Assembly: GCA_039630415.1 (NCBI GenBank)
Contig: JBCNVB010000018.1
Span: 35,233-99,232, forward strand
From: a bacterium
Lineage (GTDB): Bacteria > DRYD01
Length of the DNA stretch: 64,000 nt
Direction: 5' to 3'
Shown here: positions 1-9,663 of the stretch, one piece after another
How the letters are laid out: each line of letters starts with the position of its first letter
Numbering within the stretch: the stretch's first letter is position 1
The notes under the pieces: model-generated
Database searches by the model: none
Told to the model about the DNA's origin: nothing
The model's input: the letters and a program-made list of their open reading frames with translations, nothing else
Translations under genes and position numbers: made by a program

Positions 1-583
1 CTGCAAATCCCTTTATGGAAGTTAATGGAGTTCTTAGTTCATGGGAAACCATAGATATTACTTTTTCACTTATCTCATCAAATTTCTGTCGTAAGTAAGC
101 CTCAGCAAAGGAATCAAAAATTATACTCCTTATACTCTTGTTCTCGTCATACTTTATCAAAGCATAACCATACGATATTCCATCTAAAATGTATTTTATC
201 TTTTCAAACTCTATTTTCTCTTTAAGTATAGCAGACTTTATTTCGGATATAATCCTTATCGCAGCCATTTTGATATTGTATATATCCAGCTTCTTCTTAT
301 ATCTCGGTTTTGAAGATAAGAGAATTATTAACTGATCATCCCTATAGTCATTTGTCAAAACCATATCCTCTTGTCTAAATATTTTCCCTTTTGAGTTAAC
401 TAAGACTTTAGCTATATCCTGAAATATCTGATCATATAGTTCTTTTCCATAAGCTTGTTTGAATTCCGTAGAATTAGATATCTCCAGGGTTATTAAACCC
501 ATTATCTGTAATTCTTGTAGCTTATGATTGATATAGTCAGAAATTGCGAAAATTGGTTTAAGATCTAGAGACTTTAACTCCAT
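1..583 (-). CDS. Sensor histidine kinase, partial (runs off window), with an N-terminal degenerate GGDEF-like domain
   Basis: Not in the ORF track. My translation from ATG 583 is open to base 1 and ends ...SNISMVSHELRTPLTSIKGFA (HisKA H-box). It overlaps the end of the upstream gene. Confidence 0.85.
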   Translation of the reverse strand, partial: MELKSLDLKPIFAISDYINHKLQELQIMGLITLEISNSTEFKQAYGKELYDQIFQDIAKVLVNSKGKIFRQEDMVLTNDYRDDQLIILLSSKPRYKKKLDIYNIKMAAIRIISEIKSAILKEKIEFEKIKYILDGISYGYALIKYDENKSIRSIIFDSFAEAYLRQKFDEISEKVISMVSHELRTPLTSIKGFA

Positions 584-1865
584 CAAGGATATGTTCTAGC
601 TCATTTTCTTCTAGATAGTACTCCACAAAAACAGTAGGCTTGTTGATCTTCATTAGTTTAGTTATATCGAATGGGGTAGCTATGATAACTGCATCAGCTG
701 GAATTTGATTTATGATGTACTCTAACTCCCTTATCTGTTCTGGGAAATATCCCACAGCAGGTAGTACCTCTCTTACTTGAGAGTATTTTTCGTAAGCCTG
801 TTTTATAGAGCCCACAGCATATGCATATGGACTTATTATTTGGCAGTTATATTTTTTAGCAACGATATATCCCGCTCCATACGACATTTCTCCATGCGTT
901 AAAGTAGGTCCATCTTCCACAACTACAACCTTCTTATTTTGTATAACTTCTGGATTATCTACCTTTACTGGTGATTTTGCTTTTATTATTTTGGCACCAG
1001 GATTAATTTTACTTATGTTCTGTTCAAGAATAGCTACATTTTGTGGATCAGCAGTATCTACTTTATTTATGATAGCTATGTTGCACATTCTAGCATTTAC
1101 CTCGCCAGGAAAATAGGTTAATTCATGATTTGGGCGATGAGGATCAAAAACAGTTATCCATAGTGTAGGATAGAAAAATGGGAAATCATTGTTTCCTCCA
1201 TCCCAAACTATAACATCAGCCTCTTTTTCAGCTTCTTGCAAAATCTTTTCATAATCTACCCCAGCATAAACTATATGTCCTTCCTTTATATGAGGCAAAT
1301 ACTCCTCTCCCTCTTCTATCGTGCAATTATTTTTTATTATGTCTTCCGGAGTTTCAAATCTTTGTACTATCTGTTTAGACAGGTCACCATAAGGCATAGG
1401 GTGTCTTACTACAACTACCTTGTAACCTTTTTGTTTAAGTATTTTAGCAACTTTTCTAGAAGTTTGACTCTTTCCACATCCGGTTCTAACAGCTGTTACA
1501 GCAACCACTGGCTTTTGAGAGTAAAGGAAAGTATCTTTAGGAGAAAGTAACCTAAAACTAGCACCGGCTTTCAGCGAAATACTCGCTAAATTCATTACAT
1601 GTACATGACTAACATCTGAGTATGAAAAGACAACTTCATCAACAGAGTATTGCTTTATTAACTTCTCCAACTTTTCTTCAGGATAGATAGGTATTCCATC
1701 AGGATAGTTTGGTCCCGCTAGACAAGATGGATACGTACGATTCTCTATAGAAGGTATCTGGGTTGCAGTAAATGCAACAACTTCATAGTCTGGATTATTC
1801 CTGTAGTAAACGTTGAAGTTATGAAAATCTCTTCCACCGGCGCCTAGTATTATCACCTTTTTCAT
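558..1865 (-). CDS. COG2403 P-loop NTPase, arginine synthetase ArcE / cyclic 2,3-diphosphoglycerate synthetase-like
   Basis: Motifs GAGGRDFHNFN, AFTATQIP, AVRTGCGKSQ (P-loop), RHPMPYG, WDGGNND, VEDGPTLTHG. Confidence 0.85.
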   Translation of the reverse strand: MKKVIILGAGGRDFHNFNVYYRNNPDYEVVAFTATQIPSIENRTYPSCLAGPNYPDGIPIYPEEKLEKLIKQYSVDEVVFSYSDVSHVHVMNLASISLKAGASFRLLSPKDTFLYSQKPVVAVTAVRTGCGKSQTSRKVAKILKQKGYKVVVVRHPMPYGDLSKQIVQRFETPEDIIKNNCTIEEGEEYLPHIKEGHIVYAGVDYEKILQEAEKEADVIVWDGGNNDFPFFYPTLWITVFDPHRPNHELTYFPGEVNARMCNIAIINKVDTADPQNVAILEQNISKINPGAKIIKAKSPVKVDNPEVIQNKKVVVVEDGPTLTHGEMSYGAGYIVAKKYNCQIISPYAYAVGSIKQAYEKYSQVREVLPAVGYFPEQIRELEYIINQIPADAVIIATPFDITKLMKINKPTVFVEYYLEENELEHILDGVKVSRS

Positions 1866-1903
1866 ATTCCTTCACCCTGAGTATAGTTTTCTACTCCAAA
1901 AAC

Positions 1904-2434
1904 TTATAACCTGTTTTTTTCAAAAACATAGAAAAGAACACCTGCTGCAATCGTTAAAAGGAGAATTATTAGGAAGGGGGAAGTATTAGCAACTTGGTAA
2001 ATAGTTAATTTTCCGAAGTTACCCAAATCAATCAGTGGTTTAACGTAAGGATATAGATTAATGAAAAGAGCCGATCCTATAATCATTCCTATTACGGCAA
2101 AGATAGCGTGGATTCTACCTTCAGCTATAGCAGCAACTGCTGTTCCTGGACAGTATCCAGTAAGTGCCCAACCCAAACCAAACAATATCCCTCCAAAAAC
2201 TATTGCACCCAATGCTAAAGGCTTAAGATGCAAACTTATCAATCCAAGTTGATTCAATAAGTTAATACCAATAGCTCCAACTATAGCGGCAGAAAACATA
2301 AACTTAATAATTGTCATATCTTTAAAAAGCACCGCAGCTACCTGCTTTTCATACCTTATTACGCCCGCTAAAGTTAGTATAGTACCAAAAATTATCCCTG
2401 CAACCAATCCCACAAGCATTTCCATACCTATCAC
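1904..2434 (-). CDS. YeeE/YedE family sulfur (thiosulfate) transporter subunit
   Basis: Hydrophobic; GGILFGLGWALTGYCPGT motif. Confidence 0.85.
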   Translation of the reverse strand: MIGMEMLVGLVAGIIFGTILTLAGVIRYEKQVAAVLFKDMTIIKFMFSAAIVGAIGINLLNQLGLISLHLKPLALGAIVFGGILFGLGWALTGYCPGTAVAAIAEGRIHAIFAVIGMIIGSALFINLYPYVKPLIDLGNFGKLTIYQVANTSPFLIILLLTIAAGVLFYVFEKNRL

Positions 2435-2946
2435 CTCCTGTAAATAATGTTGGCAAATAAAATAGCAGAAGAAAAGAAAACAATAACAGCAATAAGTGAT
2501 CCAAGAGAAAGTTGCATCATCCCACTTAATCCATGCCCACTAGGACAACCATCTGCTAACCTTGCTCCAAAACCAACAAATATACCTCCAAGTAAGGCTA
2601 AAATAGCTCTTAGTGTAAAATTACTACCAAATTTATCCATAAATATTGGAGGCACTAGCTCTAATTTAAAACTCCTATTCAATAACGATGTTATCAGTGC
2701 TCCTATAAATATTCCAAGAACAAACATCATTTGCCAATCTACTTTTAAGTTCAGCTTATTAAAATACTCATTGCTTATGTTTGGTGTAATAGTTTTTTGT
2801 ATAGCTGCAGCTATTTTTGCGAAAGTTGTAGATGTACCGAAAAATTTAGTATCTCCAATTAGCATTGTCGTAAGGTAAACAACGGCTATGGCCAATAAGC
2901 CAACTAGTACTCCTCCAATATATGGATTAAGCCTTGTTTCTTTCAT
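2431..2946 (-). CDS. YeeE/YedE family sulfur transporter subunit
   Basis: VDWQ..FVLG and GFGARLADGCPSGHGLSG motifs; SD GGAGGTG favours ATG 2946 over 2967. Confidence 0.85.
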   Translation of the reverse strand: MKETRLNPYIGGVLVGLLAIAVVYLTTMLIGDTKFFGTSTTFAKIAAAIQKTITPNISNEYFNKLNLKVDWQMMFVLGIFIGALITSLLNRSFKLELVPPIFMDKFGSNFTLRAILALLGGIFVGFGARLADGCPSGHGLSGMMQLSLGSLIAVIVFFSSAILFANIIYRR

Positions 2947-2963
2947 ATTATTCACCTCCAACA

Positions 2964-3278
2964 TCATAAATATTTTTCAATTATTTTTGATACCGATGAT
3001 ATTTTTTGTTTTAGATGATTTAGAGCAAACATTTCAGAATCGAGATTATCTGAAAGATTAACACAGCAGTTATTTTCAATTATTTTAGCAAGTATATTGG
3101 TAAATGTTTTATGTATAGCTTGTCTTACGGATGCTAATTGATGAACAACTAACTCACAACTTTCTTCCCTTTCAATCATGTTTATTATTGCTCTTATTTG
3201 TCCTTCTATTTTGAGTAATCTAGAAACTAACTCTCTTTTGTCAGCTTTATCCATTATTTTTAGTTCACTTCCTGTCAT
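2964..3278 (-). CDS. CsoR/RcnR/CstR-family transcriptional repressor (probably persulfide sensing)
   Basis: RLLKIEGQIRAI..MIE.EESC..VVHQLASVRQA, second Cys site ENNCC; lies inside a sulfur operon. Confidence 0.85.
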   Translation of the reverse strand: MTGSELKIMDKADKRELVSRLLKIEGQIRAIINMIEREESCELVVHQLASVRQAIHKTFTNILAKIIENNCCVNLSDNLDSEMFALNHLKQKISSVSKIIEKYL

Positions 3279-3299
3279 TGTTACTCGCCTCCCCTAGAT

Positions 3300-4415
3300 T
3301 CATAGTTTAACAAAGACTCCTAAGAAAAGGATGACAATATAAGCTACAATTCCGACAAAAGTTGCTCCAATAAATCCCACAATAAAAGGTTTTATCCCCA
3401 TTCCTTTAAACACATGAAATTCCGTATTAAGTCCCACAGCAGCCATAGCTGTACCTAAAAGATATTTTGATCCCCAAACCTCTCCTAGAGTGTTTATTAG
3501 GTTTTTCCAACTATTATAGTCAAATACTCCTAAGGCTAAATATCCATTAGCCAAATTCATATCACCTATAGATCTTACCAAAGCCATAGCAATAAACCCA
3601 AGGATAAACATAGGTATTATCTTGAATAAGTTAACTTTACCCTGTTCAGAAGAAGAACTTCTTAAGTAAAGAAAGGCTAGTAAAGGCACTACAATTGCAA
3701 GAAAGAGATTTCTAGTTAATTTGGTAACGGTAGCTGTTTTGAAAACAGTATCGTCATTGTAAACTTCTTTGTATGTTAAAGCAGCACCAACTACTTGAGA
3801 AGTTTCATGAATAGCAGTACCTATAAATAAACCTATCTGCTCGGAGGTAGTAAATAAAAATTTAGCCAGATATGGATACAAAAACATAGCGAGTAAACCA
3901 AAAATTGTCACGTTTGCAACTGAGTACGCTATTTCCTTATTTTCTGCCTTTATAGCAGGTGAAACAGAAACTATAGCAGTAACTCCACATATACTCGTAC
4001 CTGCTGCTATCAATGTACCTAACTTCTCAGGTAACCTCATCATCTTATTTACCAAATAAATGAATATCAACGCAGAAAATATTACTATGAGCACTATAGG
4101 TATTCCCCAAGCACCTAACTTGAATACTTCACTTACACTCAGCTTTATACCAACCAATATAATTCCAAGCCGGAGAATCTTAGTTAGAGAAAATTCTATT
4201 CCCTTTTTAAATATATCTGGTAGCTTAATAGTATTTGCCACGATTATTCCAAGAATAATAGCAACAAGTACTGAAGATATGGGACTGCTTTTTCCTGTTG
4301 GATCTATTCCTTGGATTTTTAGAATCATTTTTCCTAAGTGATCAGCTATTGGTATAGACAACAGCATAAGTATCACAGACAAAATTACCCCTGGTATAAT
4401 ACTCATACTAATCAT
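3300..4415 (-). CDS. YeiH/UPF0324 putative sulfate exporter family membrane protein
   Basis: LRLGIILVG, GTSICGVTAI, GTAIHETSQVVGAA, TKLTRN, AMAAVGL motifs. Confidence 0.85.
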   Translation of the reverse strand: MISMSIIPGVILSVILMLLSIPIADHLGKMILKIQGIDPTGKSSPISSVLVAIILGIIVANTIKLPDIFKKGIEFSLTKILRLGIILVGIKLSVSEVFKLGAWGIPIVLIVIFSALIFIYLVNKMMRLPEKLGTLIAAGTSICGVTAIVSVSPAIKAENKEIAYSVANVTIFGLLAMFLYPYLAKFLFTTSEQIGLFIGTAIHETSQVVGAALTYKEVYNDDTVFKTATVTKLTRNLFLAIVVPLLAFLYLRSSSSEQGKVNLFKIIPMFILGFIAMALVRSIGDMNLANGYLALGVFDYNSWKNLINTLGEVWGSKYLLGTAMAAVGLNTEFHVFKGMGIKPFIVGFIGATFVGIVAYIVILFLGVFVKL

Positions 4416-4436
4416 CCCCCTTGTTGTAGGGTAAGT

Positions 4437-5015
4437 TTATATGAATATGGTCATAGCAGAGTTTAGTGCATGGGATAAGAAGTAAGCAACCCCTCCAGAT
4501 TCCACTCCTTCAATTAATTCCTCATCTTGTATTCCTAGTACATCTTTTGACATTTCACAAGCTATGAACTTGACTCCTATCTCCTTGGCCATTTTCATTA
4601 ATTCTTCTAAAGTGCTAACATTTTTTTCTCTCATCATATTTCTAAGCATAGTAGCACCAATCCCAAAGAAATTCATTTTAGATACAGGTAACTGTGAAGA
4701 GGAGGAGGGGTTAAGAAGAGAGAACATAACTTGGTGCCATTTTTTGTTGTTTAATTTTCGCTTAGCTTTTATAGCGTTTATCCCCCAGAATGTAAAGAAT
4801 ACACTTACTTGTTTACCAAAAGCGGCAGCACCAGTTGCTATTATCATTGAAGCCAGCACTCTATCCAAATCACCTGAAAAAACTACTATGGCAACCTTAT
4901 CTTTCTGTTCAATAATGCTAGATAGTTCTGATCTGAGTTGATTTATTTGCTGTTGTAAAGTATCTATTTGACTCTTTAAATCCTGTATGCTATCTTTTGT
5001 AATTTCTGGAGTCAT
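4437..5015 (-). CDS. DsrE2/YrkE-like sulfur carrier (DsrE/DsrF/DrsH family)
   Basis: FSGDLDR, FFTFWG, ACEMS motifs; N-terminal coiled coil. Confidence 0.85.
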   Translation of the reverse strand: MTPEITKDSIQDLKSQIDTLQQQINQLRSELSSIIEQKDKVAIVVFSGDLDRVLASMIIATGAAAFGKQVSVFFTFWGINAIKAKRKLNNKKWHQVMFSLLNPSSSSQLPVSKMNFFGIGATMLRNMMREKNVSTLEELMKMAKEIGVKFIACEMSKDVLGIQDEELIEGVESGGVAYFLSHALNSAMTIFI

Positions 5016-5027
5016 AAAGATTCCCTC

Positions 5028-5288
5028 CTACTTTTTCTTAATGTAGTGGACATAGATTTCTTTTCCATCCTGATCTTTTTCTGTTGCTTGATGTACAAGC
5101 TCTATGGATTTATCTACGTTAGCCCATCCTTGGAAATCTTTTAAAGATCCTTTGTCAGTAGCTATAACTTTGATTACCATTCCACTTGAAACTTTATTAA
5201 CTTCTTGTTTAGCTTTGACAAGGGGCATAGGACAAGAAAGCCCCTTGACGTCTAGCAATAAATTATAGCTCAAGTTTCCTTGACTCAT
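5028..5288 (-). CDS. tusA: TusA-family sulfur carrier
   Basis: LDVKGLSCPMP and ATDKGS..DF..W motifs. Confidence 0.85.
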   Translation of the reverse strand: MSQGNLSYNLLLDVKGLSCPMPLVKAKQEVNKVSSGMVIKVIATDKGSLKDFQGWANVDKSIELVHQATEKDQDGKEIYVHYIKKK

Positions 5289-5310
5289 CGAAATACACCT
5301 CCTTTAGATT

Positions 5311-6501
5311 TTATGATTTATAAGCCTGGGAAAGAGCACATACGTTTTTACCAGTTTCTAACTCTTCTGCTCTTTCCTCGTCAACTTCTATGAGCTCTAT
5401 GTTGACTCTCTTGATTTCAACGTATTCAGGTGGGAAGGTTGGTAAGCTAGATAGCATGTATTTTACAAATTCTTCTTTTCCTTTAGTTATTAACAAGTTT
5501 AGTGCTTCATTCGATTTTTTGAGATTTCCAAGTGTTTCAATAAATAATCCTTGTTCGTTAGCTTCGGATATTTTACTAAAGTGTGCAGGTAAAACAATTG
5601 TATCATCTGGAAGTTTTGTAAGTCTTGAAAGTGATTCAGCTTGCATTGGAGCCCAGGTTTCCCCTCTACCACCAAGGTCAGGTCTTGCAACGGATACGAT
5701 GAATATCGTATCTCCTGTAAACAGGTATTTATCGTTTACCAAGTACACCAAGTTACCTAAAGTATGCCCTGGTACATGAATTACTTTGATTTTTGCAGAT
5801 CCCAGTTCAAGTACATCCCCTTCTTTTAGGAAAGAGAATTGAACTTTACCAATCATAACATCAACTGGATGGATAGCATCATATGGATGGAAGTAGTAAG
5901 GCACGTTTAGCATTCTAGAAAGTTTTGGTCCACCACTTATGTGGTCAGCATGAATGTGAGTGTCTAGGATAAACTTTATTTTGGCTCCTTTTTGGTTTAT
6001 GAAGTCTATGTATTTTTCGACGTGTCTTAATGGATCTATTATGGTTGCTTCGTTGTTAGATATGATTACCCAACTGAGATCTCCTCTAGAAATTCTGCTT
6101 ATTTGGTATATGGATAGTTCTGGTGATTCTATAACGGTTTTGTAGTCGTAGTAGTTAAACCAGTTTTGCATACCTCCTTCGAGATTGTAGGCTTTGTATC
6201 CTAGTTTTGTGAGGTTATTGACAAAGAGTTGAGAGGTTCCACCTTTGTCACATACGACATAAAGTTCTTCATTCTTAGAGAACATGTTTGGGAAGTTGTT
6301 TTGGATGTATTTAGTCATATCTGCGTCTATATCTCCTGTTTCGAGCATTTGTGCATAGTAGATATTGAATATTGAGAAGTTTTGTTTACCTTCTATTTTG
6401 TGGGTTTTGAATTTTTCTGGGCTTCTAAGGTCTATTAGAGTTATTTTTTGGTCTTTTTGCATTTTTTCGTATAGTTCTTGAGGGGTTATTGTTTGTGTCA
6501 T
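5311..6501 (-). CDS. Rhodanese plus MBL-fold hydrolase fusion (YrkH/CstB-like persulfide dioxygenase-sulfurtransferase)
   Basis: Rhodanese IDLR, VCDKGGTS, LEGGM..W; MBL THIHADH, PGHT, FTGD, PAH; C-terminal NVCA; SD GGAGGTG before ATG 6501. Confidence 0.85.
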   Translation of the reverse strand: MTQTITPQELYEKMQKDQKITLIDLRSPEKFKTHKIEGKQNFSIFNIYYAQMLETGDIDADMTKYIQNNFPNMFSKNEELYVVCDKGGTSQLFVNNLTKLGYKAYNLEGGMQNWFNYYDYKTVIESPELSIYQISRISRGDLSWVIISNNEATIIDPLRHVEKYIDFINQKGAKIKFILDTHIHADHISGGPKLSRMLNVPYYFHPYDAIHPVDVMIGKVQFSFLKEGDVLELGSAKIKVIHVPGHTLGNLVYLVNDKYLFTGDTIFIVSVARPDLGGRGETWAPMQAESLSRLTKLPDDTIVLPAHFSKISEANEQGLFIETLGNLKKSNEALNLLITKGKEEFVKYMLSSLPTFPPEYVEIKRVNIELIEVDEERAEELETGKNVCALSQAYKS

Positions 6502-6521
6502 GTTATTCACCTCCTGTTTTC

Positions 6522-6586
6522 TATACCCCTTACCCTTATACCCATACCCCTATACCCTTTACCCTTCCCACTATAATATTATACCC
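6522..6586 (-). promoter_or_regulatory. Tandem GGGTA(T/A) G-tract array plus a -10 box upstream of the sulfur operon (CsoR/CstR-type half-sites and/or G-quadruplex)
   Basis: Seven C3-4 runs at 6526-6569 (six TACCC copies); TATAAT on the minus strand at 6578-6583 within palindrome TATAATATTATA. Confidence 0.6.
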
Positions 6587-6663
6587 AAAACTAGAACATC
6601 CTCCTACCTAAAATAACCTATAAACATTGATTTTTGTCAATAAAAATATCGAAAACCTAAATC

Positions 6664-6927
6664 TTATCCAGCTTGCTTTTTAACAACAAAATCAACATGA
6701 ATTTTTTTGTTTATCTTAGCACCATAAGCCATAACAATAGCCTTAATAGAAGTCAATAACATCTTGTTCCTGTTTAAAAAATTAAAATCGTTCTTGGAAA
6801 CATAAGCTTTTAAATAAACATTCTTAGAATCTTCTTTCCCAGTTACATGAAATTCCGAAAGAAGTAAAGACAACAAGTAACTGAGTATTTGCTCCGCATT
6901 TGATACTTTACTTAGCATATCTATCAC
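6664..6927 (-). CDS. Small KhpA/YlqC-like KH-domain protein, degenerate
   Basis: Size and pattern (helix, beta-beta, [21 protein letters not shown]) match KhpA; the GxxG loop is absent. Confidence 0.5.
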   Translation of the reverse strand: MIDMLSKVSNAEQILSYLLSLLLSEFHVTGKEDSKNVYLKAYVSKNDFNFLNRNKMLLTSIKAIVMAYGAKINKKIHVDFVVKKQAG

Positions 6928-8177
6928 CTTCCGACGTACACCGGATAAGCAGAGGATATTTCTTTAACTTTATCTGAAACGTACTCCTTTTTCGAAGGAT
7001 CCTTGAGTATTGTAGAAATTAGTTTGGCTACTTCGATCACCTCGTTTTCTTTGAACCCTCTGGTGGTTATTGATGGAGTTCCTATCCTTATTCCACTAGT
7101 TATTCTCGGGGGTTGGGGATCATATGGAATTACGTTTTTATTTACATATATCCCCACCTGATTTAGAAGTTCTTCAGCTTCTTTACCTGTAAGACCAGTA
7201 TTTCTTAAGTCAACTAAAAACATATGACAATCAGTTCCTTGAGAAACTATCCTAAAACCTTCCTCTTGTAAAGTTTTTGCAAATACTTTAGCATTAGAAA
7301 CAACTTGTTTTTGATACTCTACAAATTCTGGAGTTTGAGCTAATTTAAAAGCGACAGCTTTAGCAGCTATCACATGCATTAAGGGTCCACCCTGAACACC
7401 AGGAAAAACCGATTTATCTATATCTTTTGAGTACTCTTTTTTGCAGAGTATAATTCCTCCCCTGGGTCCTCTAAGAGTTTTGTGGGTAGTAGAAGTTACA
7501 AAATCTGCATAAGGTACAGGAGAAGGATAAACCCCAGCTGCAATTAACCCCGAATAATGAGCCATATCAAATAAAAAATAACAGCTCACTTCTTTAGCTA
7601 TTTCAGCAAAGATTTTTGAATCTATAACTCTTGAGTAACTTGAGGCACCTGCTAGGATCATTTTTGGCCTGTATTTTAAAGCCAAGTCCCTCACCTGATC
7701 ATAATCTATTAACTCATCTTTTCTCGAAACACCATAATGTATCACATTGTAGATTTGTCCCGAGAAATTAACAGGGCTACCATGGGTTAAATGTCCTCCA
7801 CAGCTCAAGTCCATTGTAAGAATAGTATCCCCTGGTTTGAGAAAGGCAAAAAATACTGCCATATTGGCCTGCGCTCCTGAATGAGGCTGAACATTAGCAT
7901 GCTCAGCTTTATATAAACTCTTCAATCTTTCAATCGCTATGCTTTCTATTTGATCTATGTATTGACAACCAGAATAATATCTTTTACCAGGATAACCCTC
8001 TGCATATTTATTTGAAAGAGCTGTTCCCATTGCTTGTAGTACAGCTTTAAAAGCATAGTTTTCCGAAGCAATTAAATTTATTCCCTCAGATTGTCTTTTA
8101 GTTTCTTTTTCGATCAAACTAAATATTTCTGGATCTATTTCTTGAAGGTCAGAATTTATTTCAGAAAATCTTATCAA
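6924..8177 (-). CDS. glyA: Serine hydroxymethyltransferase
   Basis: [32 protein letters not shown]; SD favours TTG 8177 (track start 8186). Confidence 0.97.
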   Translation of the reverse strand: MIRFSEINSDLQEIDPEIFSLIEKETKRQSEGINLIASENYAFKAVLQAMGTALSNKYAEGYPGKRYYSGCQYIDQIESIAIERLKSLYKAEHANVQPHSGAQANMAVFFAFLKPGDTILTMDLSCGGHLTHGSPVNFSGQIYNVIHYGVSRKDELIDYDQVRDLALKYRPKMILAGASSYSRVIDSKIFAEIAKEVSCYFLFDMAHYSGLIAAGVYPSPVPYADFVTSTTHKTLRGPRGGIILCKKEYSKDIDKSVFPGVQGGPLMHVIAAKAVAFKLAQTPEFVEYQKQVVSNAKVFAKTLQEEGFRIVSQGTDCHMFLVDLRNTGLTGKEAEELLNQVGIYVNKNVIPYDPQPPRITSGIRIGTPSITTRGFKENEVIEVAKLISTILKDPSKKEYVSDKVKEISSAYPVYVGR

Positions 8178-8883
8178 GCAAAACACCTCCCAATTTTGAC
8201 CTATAAATGTCTATAATTTCCCTTGACTTTTGGAAACTAATTTGTATTATTTCAGATAAAAGTTCAGGATTCATAAAATCTTTTTCAGAAGAGAATTGCA
8301 GTTCGGATATTTTGTTGTCTGCGGTTACGACAATATTAAGATCAACATCTGCTGAACTATCCTCAATATAGTTTGGATCAAGAAGAATTTGCCCATCTTG
8401 AATAACAAAACTCATAGCAGCTATGACACTTTTTAGCGGTATACATTCAATTGCTCCCTGTTGCAGGAGTTTGTTAAAAGCCACTAAGAGAGCTACAAAA
8501 CCGGTATTAATACAAGCTATTCTTGTTCCTCCATCAGCCTGTAAAACATCACAATCAACTATGAGCTGGTATTTGGGGAATTTGTATAGGTCGAATGCAC
8601 TTCTGAGAACCCTAGATACTATTCTTCTTATTTCCTGCGCTCTGGCATTTACAATGTTAGGGTTTCTTGTTATGGTAGATGCTGGTAACATACGATATTC
8701 AGCAGTAATCCATCCATGCCCTAATCCTTTGCAAAAATCAGGTAGCGCGTCTGTTAAAGTTACGCTTACCAAAACAACAGTATCACCAAGAACTCCCTTT
8801 ACACAAGAAAAAGGTATTTTTAGATAGTCAACATGAAAATCCATTTTTCTAAATTCTAGGTTCTGTCTACCATCTATTCTCAT
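8161..8883 (-). CDS. rph: Ribonuclease PH
   Basis: MRIDGR start, [23 protein letters not shown]. Confidence 0.9.
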   Translation of the reverse strand: MRIDGRQNLEFRKMDFHVDYLKIPFSCVKGVLGDTVVLVSVTLTDALPDFCKGLGHGWITAEYRMLPASTITRNPNIVNARAQEIRRIVSRVLRSAFDLYKFPKYQLIVDCDVLQADGGTRIACINTGFVALLVAFNKLLQQGAIECIPLKSVIAAMSFVIQDGQILLDPNYIEDSSADVDLNIVVTADNKISELQFSSEKDFMNPELLSEIIQISFQKSREIIDIYRSKLGGVLLDKIF

Positions 8884-9658
8884 TTTCATCTTCCTCTCTG
8901 AAAATATCATCTTCTAGGTTTAGGTATTCTGTCGTGTTAGTTTCATCAATATTTTCTTCAGGAATATTCTCTTCAGATGGTTGATCTAGAGATAATTGTT
9001 CTAGTTCTAAATCCTGATCGTCGAGATCCATTATAACGGTTTCACGATAGGTTTCTGTTTTTTTTATGTTTTGAGGCATAAATTCTTCTAATGATTCTTC
9101 TTTTTGGACTTCAAAATTGATGTATGAAAAATCATCAAAGGATACGTCATAGTCTTCAAGCTCGGAAGTATATCCGATAAAAGGAGTCTCTGCCTCTTCT
9201 CTAACTATTCCGATATTTTTCTTCAGTACTATTATGTACTCGGATTTTCCGAATTTGTTTTCTTCTATATAGACGATTTTGGATGTTTCTTTTTCCTGAG
9301 TCTTAGTGTTTTTGAAAAGGATTTTAGAGGGTACAAAACCTGCTTTTCCTTCCCAACTCCACCAGTCTATACTTTCAAAGTTAAAAGGGAGAAAAGGTAC
9401 AATTGGATCGTATACAACCAAATTATCCTCTATCTTTTTTGCATATAGGAATATGCCGTCTTTTTGTATTATGTACGATTCCTTTTTTATTTCCTCATCT
9501 TCTACGTAGTATGAAAATATGTATATTGCCTTATCCGAGAAGGGTATTTTCTCGGTTATAACTACTTTGGTTATCAGGTAATCGTTACTAAATTTTTCAG
9601 ATGTTTTATATATCCAGGTGTTTTTTATGTTTAGTGGAAAATAAAGCCAGAAACTCAT
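8867..9658 (-). CDS. Hypothetical beta-rich protein with an acidic C-terminal tail
   Basis: 263-aa ORF coupled between clpC and rph; N-terminal YFPL..N.W.Y motif. Confidence 0.6.
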   Translation of the reverse strand: MSFWLYFPLNIKNTWIYKTSEKFSNDYLITKVVITEKIPFSDKAIYIFSYYVEDEEIKKESYIIQKDGIFLYAKKIEDNLVVYDPIVPFLPFNFESIDWWSWEGKAGFVPSKILFKNTKTQEKETSKIVYIEENKFGKSEYIIVLKKNIGIVREEAETPFIGYTSELEDYDVSFDDFSYINFEVQKEESLEEFMPQNIKKTETYRETVIMDLDDQDLELEQLSLDQPSEENIPEENIDETNTTEYLNLEDDIFREEDENENRW

Positions 9659-9663
9659 TTATA

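Noticed and set aside
6521-6570. CRISPR repeat or telomere-like satellite
   Set aside because: Only about 50 nt, no spacers or cas genes; its position fits a regulatory element.
6612-6640. TTGACA (-35) on the minus strand at 6635-6640
   Set aside because: No good -10 at 16-18 nt spacing, and it is too far from the TATAAT at 6578-6583.
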